35,468 nucleotides of DNA from a virus, in the UHGV virus genome UHGV-0114740. One strand, 5' to 3'. Below are positions 1 through 8,232 of the stretch, one piece after another (position 1 is the first letter of the stretch; each line of letters begins with the position of its first letter). The notes under the pieces were generated by a model. It searched no databases. It was not told the origin of the DNA and saw only the letters and a program-made list of their open reading frames with translations. Both the position numbers and the translations under genes were made by a program.

Positions 1-18
1 TTACCCTGGCAACCGATT

Positions 19-40
19 GACGGGGGATTGCTCCCCCGTC
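19..40 (-). other. GC-rich hairpin (9-bp stem GACGGGGGA / TCCCCCGTC, loop TTGC) just 3' of the hok-like ORF
   Basis: Perfect inverted repeat seen in sequence 10 nt downstream of the stop codon; could be an mRNA 3' stabilising or terminator structure. No U-tract follows. Confidence 0.35.
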
Positions 41-49
41 GCGGTTTCC

Positions 50-190
50 TTACTGCTTACACTGTAAGAACGCCGCAAACTCCGCTCCCCAGAAGCTTAT
101 CCGTATTTCGCACAGCGAACCGTGCAGCATCCAGATGATGAGGATTGCCGTCACGCAGAACGTGATGGCCGTAAGCGATTTTTGCGACAT
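50..190 (-). CDS. Hok/Gef-family type I toxin-like small membrane protein (46 aa, MSQKSLTAITFCVTAILIIWMLHGSLCEIRISFWGAEFAAFLQCKQ)
   Basis: Own translation of the minus strand; below the ORF-track size cutoff. N-terminal hydrophobic helix then SLCEIR...AAFL.CK, recalling HokA/Hok. SD AGGAG 8 nt upstream of ATG (190..188); stop TAA at 52..50. Confidence 0.55.
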   Translation of the reverse strand: MSQKSLTAITFCVTAILIIWMLHGSLCEIRISFWGAEFAAFLQCKQ

Positions 191-380
191 AGCGCTTGCT
201 CCTTTTTCAGGGAGGCGCTAACCTATCACTTGCTAAGGTTAGACGGTTAGGGCCTCGGTTAAACAGAAATGTTTTCCGGGGCCTTTCCACATCTGGCCTT
301 CGGGTATTCCCTCCGACCATCAGCCGAAAGGCACCCGCGCGTAATCTATCGCTTTTTTGTTACTCCGGCAATTCTGCCTG

Positions 381-641
381 TTAATTCTGAGATAAAGGCA
401 AACTCATCTGATTGTTTCCCCTGTGTGAAGCTGGCAACTCATGCCACGGGATACCTTCTGAAGAGTGAACGCCGGGGGCGTGTTTCGATGTGAATTTATG
501 GAAAGCTTCCAGTGTTGAGAAACTTATGCCGCATTCCAGGTTGTTACACTGGTAATATTTTTTCCGTACGGTGTTTGAATCATTTTCCGAACGACTGGTG
601 CGGATACGGGCAGATGCGCCACAAAGCGGACAACGGAACAT
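381..641 (-). CDS. ogr: Ogr-like zinc-finger late-gene transcriptional activator
   Basis: Translation MFRCPLCGASARIRTSR...YYQCNNLECGISF has the CxxC...CxxxxC arrangement of P2 Ogr; strong SD AAGGGAGG upstream; sits downstream of D as in P2. Confidence 0.8.
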   Translation of the reverse strand: MFRCPLCGASARIRTSRSENDSNTVRKKYYQCNNLECGISFSTLEAFHKFTSKHAPGVHSSEGIPWHELPASHRGNNQMSLPLSQN

Positions 642-683
642 AGCGACCTCCCTTAACGTGGTGCTTCTGCTATTCTAAGTTGC

Positions 684-1793
684 TCACTCTGTTTCTGCTA
701 TCCATTCCGGGATTTTTGCTTCAAGCTCAAGCTGCGTGGTAAAGCCACTGTTATCAATGGTGTGCTCGGCTTTCGCAATAATCCAGTCCTGATTATCAAT
801 CTCGCTTTTAAATCCTGTTACCGTGCCATGCATTTCGGGGTAGAGTTCTGCGCGTCCACGAGCCAGTGTGATGGAGAATGATGCGGCTCCGCGTTGTAGC
901 TGCTGCCACTTTGCCGCCGCTGCGCGTCTTGCTGCCAGCTCGTTCTGATAAGTCTTGCGTAACACAAACACATTGCCATCCGCGCCTTCCATATAGTCAC
1001 CTTCACGGCTGCTGCTTTTCTCCTTTTTGGGTTTTGGCGGTTTACGGCGTTTCACGCTGACTTTTTTCTTTTTCCCGTAATTAAGATCAAGCCAGTAGGC
1101 GCGTACCCCCGTATACGCCTCGCGGTCAGCAATACGGAACTGATGGCGATCGCCGCTGCTGCGTGTAATGGCGAACGAGGGCAACGGCTGGCCCTGTGCG
1201 TTCACGCCACCACCTGGCATGATGAATAACAGATTACCGCTTTTTACCGTGGTGATTGCGCCCAGCATTTCCGCCATGCGCGTAAGGAAGGACATGTCGC
1301 TTTCTTCGGTCTGGTCGGCGTGGTCGATTTCGATATCCATCAGCATTTCGCTGATTTGCGGTTTCAGACCATACCGATGAGCGATGGCGGATACCACACG
1401 CTCAACGGTCACATCATGCCAGGACACCTCACGTTTAACGTTAAATTCATCCCGAAAATCTGCGCTTCTGGCTGAAACAGTCAGCCTGTCCGGCGGTCCT
1501 TCGTGAGCGATTTCATCAACAATGTAAGTGCCTTTTTCTGTCAGCGGTTCCCCTTTCCAGCCAATGAGAACCGTCAGGCGCGCGCCCCGTGGCGGTAGCT
1601 GCAACTGACCATCTGCATCATCCAGCGTGATGGTGAGCTGGTCTGCTTCAAATCCCCGGTTGTCGGTCAGTGACAGGCTCATCAGGCGCTCTGCCACGCC
1701 TGACAGCGTTTTACCCTCCGCGAGAATATCAAAATCCGGCATTTTCACGGGGTCTGTGCCCTGACTGATCAATTGCATGGTGGTGTCGGTCAT
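684..1793 (-). CDS. D: Tail protein D (late control gene D family)
   Basis: Translation contains LTDNRGFEADQLTITLDDADG, SWHD and FLTR blocks matching P2 gpD. Start placed at internal ATG 1793 (MTDTTMQ...) preceded by SD GGGAGGG; the track ORF runs to 1925. Confidence 0.85.
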   Translation of the reverse strand: MTDTTMQLISQGTDPVKMPDFDILAEGKTLSGVAERLMSLSLTDNRGFEADQLTITLDDADGQLQLPPRGARLTVLIGWKGEPLTEKGTYIVDEIAHEGPPDRLTVSARSADFRDEFNVKREVSWHDVTVERVVSAIAHRYGLKPQISEMLMDIEIDHADQTEESDMSFLTRMAEMLGAITTVKSGNLLFIMPGGGVNAQGQPLPSFAITRSSGDRHQFRIADREAYTGVRAYWLDLNYGKKKKVSVKRRKPPKPKKEKSSSREGDYMEGADGNVFVLRKTYQNELAARRAAAAKWQQLQRGAASFSITLARGRAELYPEMHGTVTGFKSEIDNQDWIIAKAEHTIDNSGFTTQLELEAKIPEWIAETE

Positions 1794-1950
1794 CTGTTCC
1801 CTCCCTGTGCGGCATGGTCGCATGTGCGTGCGGAGGGGGTTACTGCTTTTTGTTGTCGCCGGGTCGGGAGAACGGCGCAGGGGTGAGATTACGCGCGTGG
1901 TGGGTGATGATTGTTGCCGAATCATTTAACGGATACAAGGGGCTGAAGCT

Positions 1951-3135
1951 ATGAGTGAAACTCGTTTTCATGGTGCCCGTGTTACGGAAAATACCGACCT
2001 GGTAACAGCGATTAACGATGTTGATTCCAGCGTTATCGGTATCGTGGCAACGGCGGATGATGCGGACGCGAAGCTGTTCCCGCTGAACAAGCCCACATTG
2101 CTGACCCGCGTCAATGACGTGCTGGGAAAATGCGGAACAACGGGGACGCTTTATCGTGCGCTTAAGGCCATCGCAGACCAGGTGAGCACAAAGGTGATCG
2201 TCGTTCGCGTGGCTGAACACAAAGAAGAAGACGGAAAGACGCAGGATCAACTGGTTATCGGTGGTTCTGAGGATGACGGCAGCTATACGGGGATGTATGC
2301 GCTGCTTGTTGCAGAGCAGGATGAAAGCATCGGATACCGTCCGCGTATTCTGGCCGCGCCGGAGCTGGACACGGAGGCTGTAACAAAATCCCTGTGCGTG
2401 ATTGCAGGTAAACTGCGCGCGTTTGTGTATGCCTCATGTCACGGCTGTAACACGATGGCTGAGGCGATTACCTATCGCCAGAAATTCAACGAACGTGAGG
2501 TGATGCTCTTATGGCCGGACTTCATCGCCTACAACCCGAAAAGTGGCAAAAACGAAACGTTCCCCGCGCCTGCCTATGCGTGCGGCCTTCGTGCGTACAT
2601 TGACCATGAGCAGGGGTGGCACAAATCACTGTCCAACGTTCCGGTTAAAAATGTGCTGGGGATGTCGAGGCATGTGTTCTGGTCGTTGCAGGCCGAAGAC
2701 AGCGATGCCAACAGCCTCAACAACAAAGAAATCACGACCATTATTCGTCGCAACGGGTTCCGCTTCTGGGGCAACCGCACACCGGAAACGAACGCCTACA
2801 TCTTTGAGGTGTATACCCGAACCGCACAGGTGCTGGCTGATTCAATTGCGGAAGCGCAGTTTGAAACCATCGACAGTCCACTGACGCCTGCGAACGTGAA
2901 GGATGTTATCAGTGCCATCAGGGCAAAACTGGATTCGCTGGTTACTGCCGGGAAACTGATTGGCGCGGAGTGCTGGTATGACGTGGTGGATAACGGCACC
3001 ACGGATTTACGTCAGGGGCGTGTGCGTATTCGCTACAAATATACGCCCGTTCCGCCACTGGAAGACATGGAGCTTTACCAGACGTTTACTGATGAATTCT
3101 TTGGTCCCGCATTTGCGGTGCTGGGAGGTGCCTGA
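1951..3135 (+). CDS. FI: Contractile tail sheath protein FI
   Basis: 394-aa translation aligns by eye along its length with P2 FI (LRAF.Y..CHGC, LWPDF, EQGWHK.LSNV, RRNGFRFWGNRT, YTPVPPLE). Confidence 0.9.
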   Translation: MSETRFHGARVTENTDLVTAINDVDSSVIGIVATADDADAKLFPLNKPTLLTRVNDVLGKCGTTGTLYRALKAIADQVSTKVIVVRVAEHKEEDGKTQDQLVIGGSEDDGSYTGMYALLVAEQDESIGYRPRILAAPELDTEAVTKSLCVIAGKLRAFVYASCHGCNTMAEAITYRQKFNEREVMLLWPDFIAYNPKSGKNETFPAPAYACGLRAYIDHEQGWHKSLSNVPVKNVLGMSRHVFWSLQAEDSDANSLNNKEITTIIRRNGFRFWGNRTPETNAYIFEVYTRTAQVLADSIAEAQFETIDSPLTPANVKDVISAIRAKLDSLVTAGKLIGAECWYDVVDNGTTDLRQGRVRIRYKYTPVPPLEDMELYQTFTDEFFGPAFAVLGGA

Positions 3136-3647
3136 TGGCTGTACCAAAACATCTTCGCTTTTTTACGTTGTTTGTGGATGGTGAAAACGAAGTGGGTAAA
3201 GTGACATCCGTCACGCCGCCCAAACTGACGCGCAAAACCGACAGCTATCGTGGTGGTGGCATGATGGGGGCGGTAAGTATTGATCTCGGTCTGGACGACT
3301 CCGCGCTTGATGCGAGTTTTGTCATGGGGGGAGCTGTTCGTGCGCTGTTCCTTAAATATGGCGGCACGATTGACGGCACGCTGCTGCGTTTTGCGGGTGA
3401 ATACTACACCGATGCAGAAAGCGATCTGTATGAAATCGAGATGCGCGGACGTGTGACGGAAATTGATATGGGGGAAGCCAAACAGGGCGAAGCCACATCA
3501 CACACTTACGCTGTCAAAAACACCTACTACAAGCTGAGCGTTAACGATCGCCCGCTGTGGGAAATCGACCTGTTGAACCACATCTACCGGAAGGACGGCA
3601 AGGACATTGTGCCTGACCGTATCCGTTCCGCACTTGGGCTTGGCTGA
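3135..3647 (+). CDS. FII: Tail tube protein FII
   Basis: 170 aa, directly downstream of the sheath with ATGA start/stop overlap; size and position match P2 FII. Confidence 0.85.
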   Translation: MAVPKHLRFFTLFVDGENEVGKVTSVTPPKLTRKTDSYRGGGMMGAVSIDLGLDDSALDASFVMGGAVRALFLKYGGTIDGTLLRFAGEYYTDAESDLYEIEMRGRVTEIDMGEAKQGEATSHTYAVKNTYYKLSVNDRPLWEIDLLNHIYRKDGKDIVPDRIRSALGLG

Positions 3648-3701
3648 TAAGTAATATGCAGGCGGCGCAGTGCGTCGCCTCTGACTGAAAGGAGTTTCCT
3701 G

Positions 3702-4067
3702 ATGAAAGAGACGAAAAACATCGATAACGAAAACACGGTCGTTGCTGACACTGTGAAAGAAACCAGTGAGCGTGGCGTAAAACTTACCCAACCAATTGAG
3801 CGAGGCGGCGAAAAAATCACGTATGTGGAGATTACCGGAGCTATTGAGCAGGCTGGATCTCTGCGAGATTTGTCGCTGTCTGATGTGCTGAATCTGAAAG
3901 CGGAATCCATGTTTACGCTGCTGTCACGCGTGACATCACCGCGACTGGATGAAGTGACGATCAAAAAAATGGCATCCCGTGACTTTATTCAGTTATGTGT
4001 GGTTGCCGTAAATTTTTTGAGCGGTGCGGACTCTGGCGGGAAGAACGAACAGGCGACGGAAGCCTGA
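3702..4067 (+). CDS. E: Tail assembly chaperone E (0-frame product)
   Basis: Position between tube and tape-measure genes; SD GGAG upstream; contains a slippery heptamer near its 3' end. Confidence 0.75.
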   Translation: MKETKNIDNENTVVADTVKETSERGVKLTQPIERGGEKITYVEITGAIEQAGSLRDLSLSDVLNLKAESMFTLLSRVTSPRLDEVTIKKMASRDFIQLCVVAVNFLSGADSGGKNEQATEA

Positions 4068-4231
4068 TCACGGTTGTGTGCTTTGAGCACATAGAAGACT
4101 TTGTGGCAGATATTGCCGTTATTTTTAACTGGTCGCCCGCCGAAATCTTCATGATGACGCCCGGCGAAGTGGTTAGCTGGCGTGAGCGGGCGGCACTTCG
4201 CAGCGGGAGTGCAGACAATGAAGACTCTTGA
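3702..4231 (+). CDS. E+E' frameshift fusion product (tail assembly chaperone, long form)
   Basis: Inferred by joining E (3702..4019) to the -1 frame ORF ending at 4231 via the slippery site; not experimentally verifiable here. Confidence 0.5.
4013..4019 (+). other. Candidate -1 programmed ribosomal frameshift site T_TTT_TTG (E to E+E')
   Basis: Heptamer lies in E frame as aaT TTT TTG; the -1 frame continues as the track ORF 3995..4231, which ends inside the start of T, as for P2 E/E'. Confidence 0.6.
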
Positions 4232-7025
4232 TATCCGGGTCGCTTTCAGCGCCGTTGACAGGCTGACCCGGCCTGCCGAAAACGCCCGCCGCCTGATGGG
4301 GCAGTTTGGTGACTCCATCCAGCGAACGCAGGGGGCGATCAAAAATCTCGAGCGTCAGGCGCGTTCATTTGAGCGCGCCCGTGACGCTGTCAGTAAAGCG
4401 GATGCGGGCATCGTGAAAGCACGACGCCAGCTTAACGCCCTTAATCAGTTACAACGCACGGGTACAGTGCTCAGCGAAAAACAACAAAAGCTGATGCAGC
4501 AGTTAAGCACCCGGCTTGAACGCCTGAATGAATCGCGCACGCGGGAAATTCAGAAAATGCGGGAGCTTGGCGGAGAGCTGAAACGCCACGGCATTTCCCT
4601 GACAGGCAGCGATAACACCATCCAGCAGGCCATCAGACGCACCGAACAGTACAACAACCAGCTTGAACGCGAACGGCAGGCGCTTGCGCGTGTAACGCGG
4701 GCGCGTGAGCGGTATTCGCGCGCGCAGGAAACAGCGGGAAAACTGAAAACAGGTGGTGCACTGGCAATTGGTGCGGCAGCGGCGGGCGGCTATGCTGCCG
4801 GGCGTTTTTTGCAGCCTGCGATCGGGTTCGGCAAAGAGATGTCCCGCGTTCAGGCACTGACGCGAATCGACCAGAACAGCCCGCAGTTTAAGGCGCTGCG
4901 TGAGCAGGCGTTAAAACTTGGCTCTGAAACGCAGTTCACCGCAGGCGATGCCGCCAGTGGACAGGCATTTCTTGCAATGGCTGGCTTCACTCCGCAGGCC
5001 ATTCAGGCTGCGCTTCCCGGCGTGCTGAGCATGGCAACGGCTGGCGGTATGGATCTCGGCGAGACGGCAGATATTGGCTCAAATATCCTGACGCAGTTCG
5101 GCCTTTCTGCTGACCAGATGGACCGGGTCGGTGACACACTCACCGCAGCGTTTACCCGTACCAACACTGACCTTCGCGCACTGGGCGAAACCATGAAATA
5201 TGCAGGTCCGGTGGCGGGTAAGCTGGGAATATCGCTGGAGCAGGCCGCAGCGATGGCGGGCGTGCTGGCGAATATGGGCATCAGAGGGAGTGATGCCGGG
5301 ACGGCAATGCGTGCCAGCCTGGCTCGTCTGGCATCACCGCCAAAGGCGGCGGCAGAAGCTCTGAAAGAGCTGGGCGTGTCCGTCTCGGATGCCGGGGGCA
5401 AAATGCGCCCGATGGAAGATCTGCTGGCTGACCTTTATAAAGCTACCCGCAAATACGGGGAAGTTGACCGGGTATCCTTCTTTAAGGACATCGCCGGGGA
5501 AGAGGCTTTCACATCGTTTATGGCACTCGTTGATGCGGCGGGTGACGGTTCCTTACCCAAACTGAGAAAAGAACTTGAGGGCGCACGCGGTGAGGCTGAA
5601 CGCACGGCAAAGGTTATGGCCGACAACCTTGATGGCGACCTGAAAAATCTCGACAGCGCATGGGAAGGTCTTCGTATTCGCATCAGTGATCTGGTTGACG
5701 GTCCGCTGCGTTCTATCACGCAGTGGCTAACACGGGTGGTCTCAAAGGTGACGGTACTGGCGCAGGCCCATCCTGTACTGACGCGCCAGCTACTGATTGC
5801 AGGCGGTGCGCTGCTGGCAGTGACTGCAACCGTAGGCTCATTGGCGCTTGCTCTTGGTGTGCTTGCTGGCCCGCTGGCAAAACTGCGTCTTGGTTTTTCC
5901 CTCCTGATCGGATCAATGAATGCTGTCAGGGTCCTGCCAGCACTATGGGGAATGGTGACGGGTTCCGTTTCTTTGCTGGGAGGTGCTATCGGGGCGCTGT
6001 TCAGTCCGGTTGGTCTTATCGTGGCTGCGCTTGCCGGAGCTGCCATTCTTATCTGGAAATATTGGGATCCCATCAGGGCATTTTTTGCCGGGGTGTTCAG
6101 CGGAATTATGGAAAGGCTGACCCCGTTGCGCGAAACCTTTGAACGGTTTGGTCCTGTTTTTGACGCAATCGGAAGCGGGATCAGCCAGGTGTTTAACTGG
6201 TTTAAATCGCTGTTGTCACCGATGGAGTCCAGCAAGGAAACGCTGGATAAATGCACCAGTGCTGGCGAGGTATTCGGCAACGTTCTTGGTGGCGCGTTAC
6301 AGCTTGTTCTGACGCCAGCAAAAATGTTGCTGGATACGCTGGCGTGGATACTTGAAAAACTCGGTGTGCTTCCGGATGAAGCGGAAAGGGCGAGAAAGAA
6401 AATCGAAGACGCACAGCGTGCGGCCATTCTTCAGGACAAGGTTGCCTTGCTTCAGGGTGACCTGGCGAAAACTAATCCGCCGAAGCCTGTGGAAAATGGC
6501 AATGGCACCGGAGGTGATAAACCCAAAGACAACAAACCGCTCACAGACAGCAATACCGGTACGCTACGCAGACTCAGCAAAATTGCTGATAACACAGGTA
6601 AGCTGGTTGATGAGACGAAAAAACGCATTGGCCCCGGCGATATTGTCTTTAAGAACCTGCCCCGCGCACTTGCCGTTCGTGGGGAGTGGCAGGAGCGGAA
6701 GATTGCGCAGGTCAGTAAGCCTGCCCCCGCAATTAATATCCCGCCTGTGGTTCCGGCCCTGCTGCCTCCGGCGCTGGTCCCTGTTGTTGCGGCCAGCTCC
6801 CGCCCGGTGGCGGAGGCCATACGATCGCCAGTGGCATCAGCCCCAACACCTTCGCGTAACCGGGAACCTGTTGCCTCAGGACTTGGCGGTGAAATTCATG
6901 TTCATCTGCATAACGTTGTTACGCAGAATCCCCGCGAACTGGCGAAACTGGTCGGTGAAATGGTCAGGGCAGAAATGGAACGGCGCGCCCGTGCCGGGCG
7001 TGGCAGTTTTTACGATAAAGATTGA
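4218..7025 (+). CDS. T: Tail tape measure protein T
   Basis: ~940-aa ORF after E/E', coiled-coil-rich N-terminus, hydrophobic middle, Pro/Ala-rich C-terminus. Start placed at MKTLD (4218) with SD GGGAG; the track ORF begins at 4182. Confidence 0.85.
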   Translation: MKTLDIRVAFSAVDRLTRPAENARRLMGQFGDSIQRTQGAIKNLERQARSFERARDAVSKADAGIVKARRQLNALNQLQRTGTVLSEKQQKLMQQLSTRLERLNESRTREIQKMRELGGELKRHGISLTGSDNTIQQAIRRTEQYNNQLERERQALARVTRARERYSRAQETAGKLKTGGALAIGAAAAGGYAAGRFLQPAIGFGKEMSRVQALTRIDQNSPQFKALREQALKLGSETQFTAGDAASGQAFLAMAGFTPQAIQAALPGVLSMATAGGMDLGETADIGSNILTQFGLSADQMDRVGDTLTAAFTRTNTDLRALGETMKYAGPVAGKLGISLEQAAAMAGVLANMGIRGSDAGTAMRASLARLASPPKAAAEALKELGVSVSDAGGKMRPMEDLLADLYKATRKYGEVDRVSFFKDIAGEEAFTSFMALVDAAGDGSLPKLRKELEGARGEAERTAKVMADNLDGDLKNLDSAWEGLRIRISDLVDGPLRSITQWLTRVVSKVTVLAQAHPVLTRQLLIAGGALLAVTATVGSLALALGVLAGPLAKLRLGFSLLIGSMNAVRVLPALWGMVTGSVSLLGGAIGALFSPVGLIVAALAGAAILIWKYWDPIRAFFAGVFSGIMERLTPLRETFERFGPVFDAIGSGISQVFNWFKSLLSPMESSKETLDKCTSAGEVFGNVLGGALQLVLTPAKMLLDTLAWILEKLGVLPDEAERARKKIEDAQRAAILQDKVALLQGDLAKTNPPKPVENGNGTGGDKPKDNKPLTDSNTGTLRRLSKIADNTGKLVDETKKRIGPGDIVFKNLPRALAVRGEWQERKIAQVSKPAPAINIPPVVPALLPPALVPVVAASSRPVAEAIRSPVASAPTPSRNREPVASGLGGEIHVHLHNVVTQNPRELAKLVGEMVRAEMERRARAGRGSFYDKD

Positions 7026-7031
7026 GGAGTC

Positions 7032-7526
7032 ATGGCCATGATGATGATCTACGGCATGTTTGTTTTTGAGCTGCGCACGCTGCCGCATCAGCAGTTACAG
7101 CAAAACAAAAGCTGGCGGCATGTGAAAAATGAACGCGTTAACCGTTCAGCAAGCTGGCAGTATATCGGTGCAGGTGATGATCGCATCGTTCTTTCTGGTG
7201 TGCTTTATCCTGAAATTACAGGTGGCGAAGTGTCGCTGTCGCTGCTGACCACGCAGGCGTATACAGGACGACCCTGGCCTTTGATTGATGGCGTCGGGCA
7301 GATTTACGGCATGTATGTCCTGACCGGAACGAATACGACCCGTTCCGAGTTTGATCGCTACGGTAAGGCGAAAAAGATAGAATTTTCACTGACCCTTGAA
7401 CGCTGTGATGAGGATTTGCGGGAGCGCCTGCAATCCTCATCGTTCAGTGATATGCTGTCCGGCTTCAAAGATAAGGTCACATCCTCCCTTAACAGCGCGG
7501 CCAGCTCCGTTAAAGGGCTGTTTTGA
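7032..7526 (+). CDS. U: Tail protein U
   Basis: 164 aa immediately after T; N-terminus MMMIYGMFVFELRTLPHQQLQ resembles P2 gpU. Confidence 0.8.
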   Translation: MAMMMIYGMFVFELRTLPHQQLQQNKSWRHVKNERVNRSASWQYIGAGDDRIVLSGVLYPEITGGEVSLSLLTTQAYTGRPWPLIDGVGQIYGMYVLTGTNTTRSEFDRYGKAKKIEFSLTLERCDEDLRERLQSSSFSDMLSGFKDKVTSSLNSAASSVKGLF

Positions 7527-7533
7527 TTAACGC

Positions 7534-7563
7534 AAAACCGCTAATGGTCAGATTAGCGGTTTT
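7534..7563. terminator. Probable bidirectional intrinsic terminator between convergent U and invertase genes
   Basis: Perfect 12-bp stem AAAACCGCTAAT / ATTAGCGGTTTT with 6-nt loop, T-run after it on + strand and on the - strand; overlaps the last codons of the invertase. Confidence 0.5.
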
Positions 7564-8152
7564 CATTTTCCTGAGTCTGCCTGGTTGTTTCTTCAGCCTG
7601 TATATCGCCTACAGGGTGATAACGATAAATCGTCGATATGCCGATGTCGTAAATGATCGCCAGTTGTTTCCTGTCATGACCGTTTTTGATCAGCCTTGCT
7701 ATTTGCTCATGCTGTTCTTTTGTCAGCTTCGGGCGACGTCCGCCTGTGCGCCCCCGTGCGCGCGCTGCCGCCAGTCCGGCCAGTGTACGTTCAACAATTA
7801 ATTCACGTTCCATTTCAGCCAGGGCACCCATAACGTGGAAGAAAAAACGCCCCATTGGAGAAGATGTATCTATGCTGTCGGTCAGACTGCGAAAATTAAT
7901 CCCTCGCTCCCGTAGTTCCCCGACGAGAGAAATCAGATGTTTCATGCTTCGCCCGAGGCGATCCAGTTTCCAGACAACCAGCGTGTCACCTTTTTGAAGC
8001 CGCTTTAAAGCGCGTTTTAATCCCGGTCGGTCTGTCTTTGTCCCGCTTAATTTATCTTCAAATATTTGTTCACATCCTGCACAAACAAGAGCGTTTCGTT
8101 GCAGGTCTGTATTCTGGTCATTTGTTGATACCCTTACATAACCAATCAGCAC
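7553..8152 (-). CDS. Serine-recombinase DNA invertase (Gin/Hin/Cin/Pin family)
   Basis: Translation LIGYVRVSTNDQNTDLQRNAL...TLVVWKLDRLGRSMKHL...SLTDSIDTSSPMGRFFFHVMGALAEMERELI is near-identical in blocks to Mu Gin. Start taken as GTG at 8152 after SD GGGAGA; the track uses TTG at 8170. Confidence 0.9.
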   Translation of the reverse strand: MLIGYVRVSTNDQNTDLQRNALVCAGCEQIFEDKLSGTKTDRPGLKRALKRLQKGDTLVVWKLDRLGRSMKHLISLVGELRERGINFRSLTDSIDTSSPMGRFFFHVMGALAEMERELIVERTLAGLAAARARGRTGGRRPKLTKEQHEQIARLIKNGHDRKQLAIIYDIGISTIYRYHPVGDIQAEETTRQTQENENR

Positions 8153-8206
8153 ACTGAATCTCCCGTCCAAAAGCGCAAATCATGCCATGCAGGCCGGAAA
8201 CGGCCA

Positions 8207-8232
8207 TTATCTAAAACCTCGGTTTGCAGGAA
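8207..8232. promoter_or_regulatory. gix/hix-like 26-bp inversion crossover site (left)
   Basis: TTATCTAAAACCTCGGTTTGCAGGAA; its reverse complement matches the site at 11510..11535 at 23/26 positions and resembles the Gin gix site. Confidence 0.65.

Noticed and set aside
196-493. Plus-strand ORFs 196..384 and 269..493 between ogr and the hok-like gene
   Set aside because: No SD, implausible composition, antisense to the hok leader and the ogr 3' end; more likely non-coding leader sequence.
1794-1950. Ogr-type late promoter dyad (TGT-N12-ACA) in the D/FI and O/P divergent spacers (also 21089..21209)
   Set aside because: I scanned both spacers by eye and found no exact TGT-N12-ACA dyad, so I do not annotate late promoters; my recollection of the consensus may be imperfect and a proper motif search is needed.
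5003-6427. Long minus-strand ORFs (330 aa and 132 aa) inside the tape-measure gene
   Set aside because: Fully antisense to the well-supported T gene; Ser/Ala/Pro-rich low-complexity translations typical of the opposite strand of a GC-rich coiled-coil gene.
8152-8170. Track start of the invertase at 8170 (MDGRFSV...)
   Set aside because: The track appears to use a TTG there; by comparison with the Gin N-terminus (MLIGYVRVSTNDQ) and SD spacing, GTG at 8152 is the more probable start.
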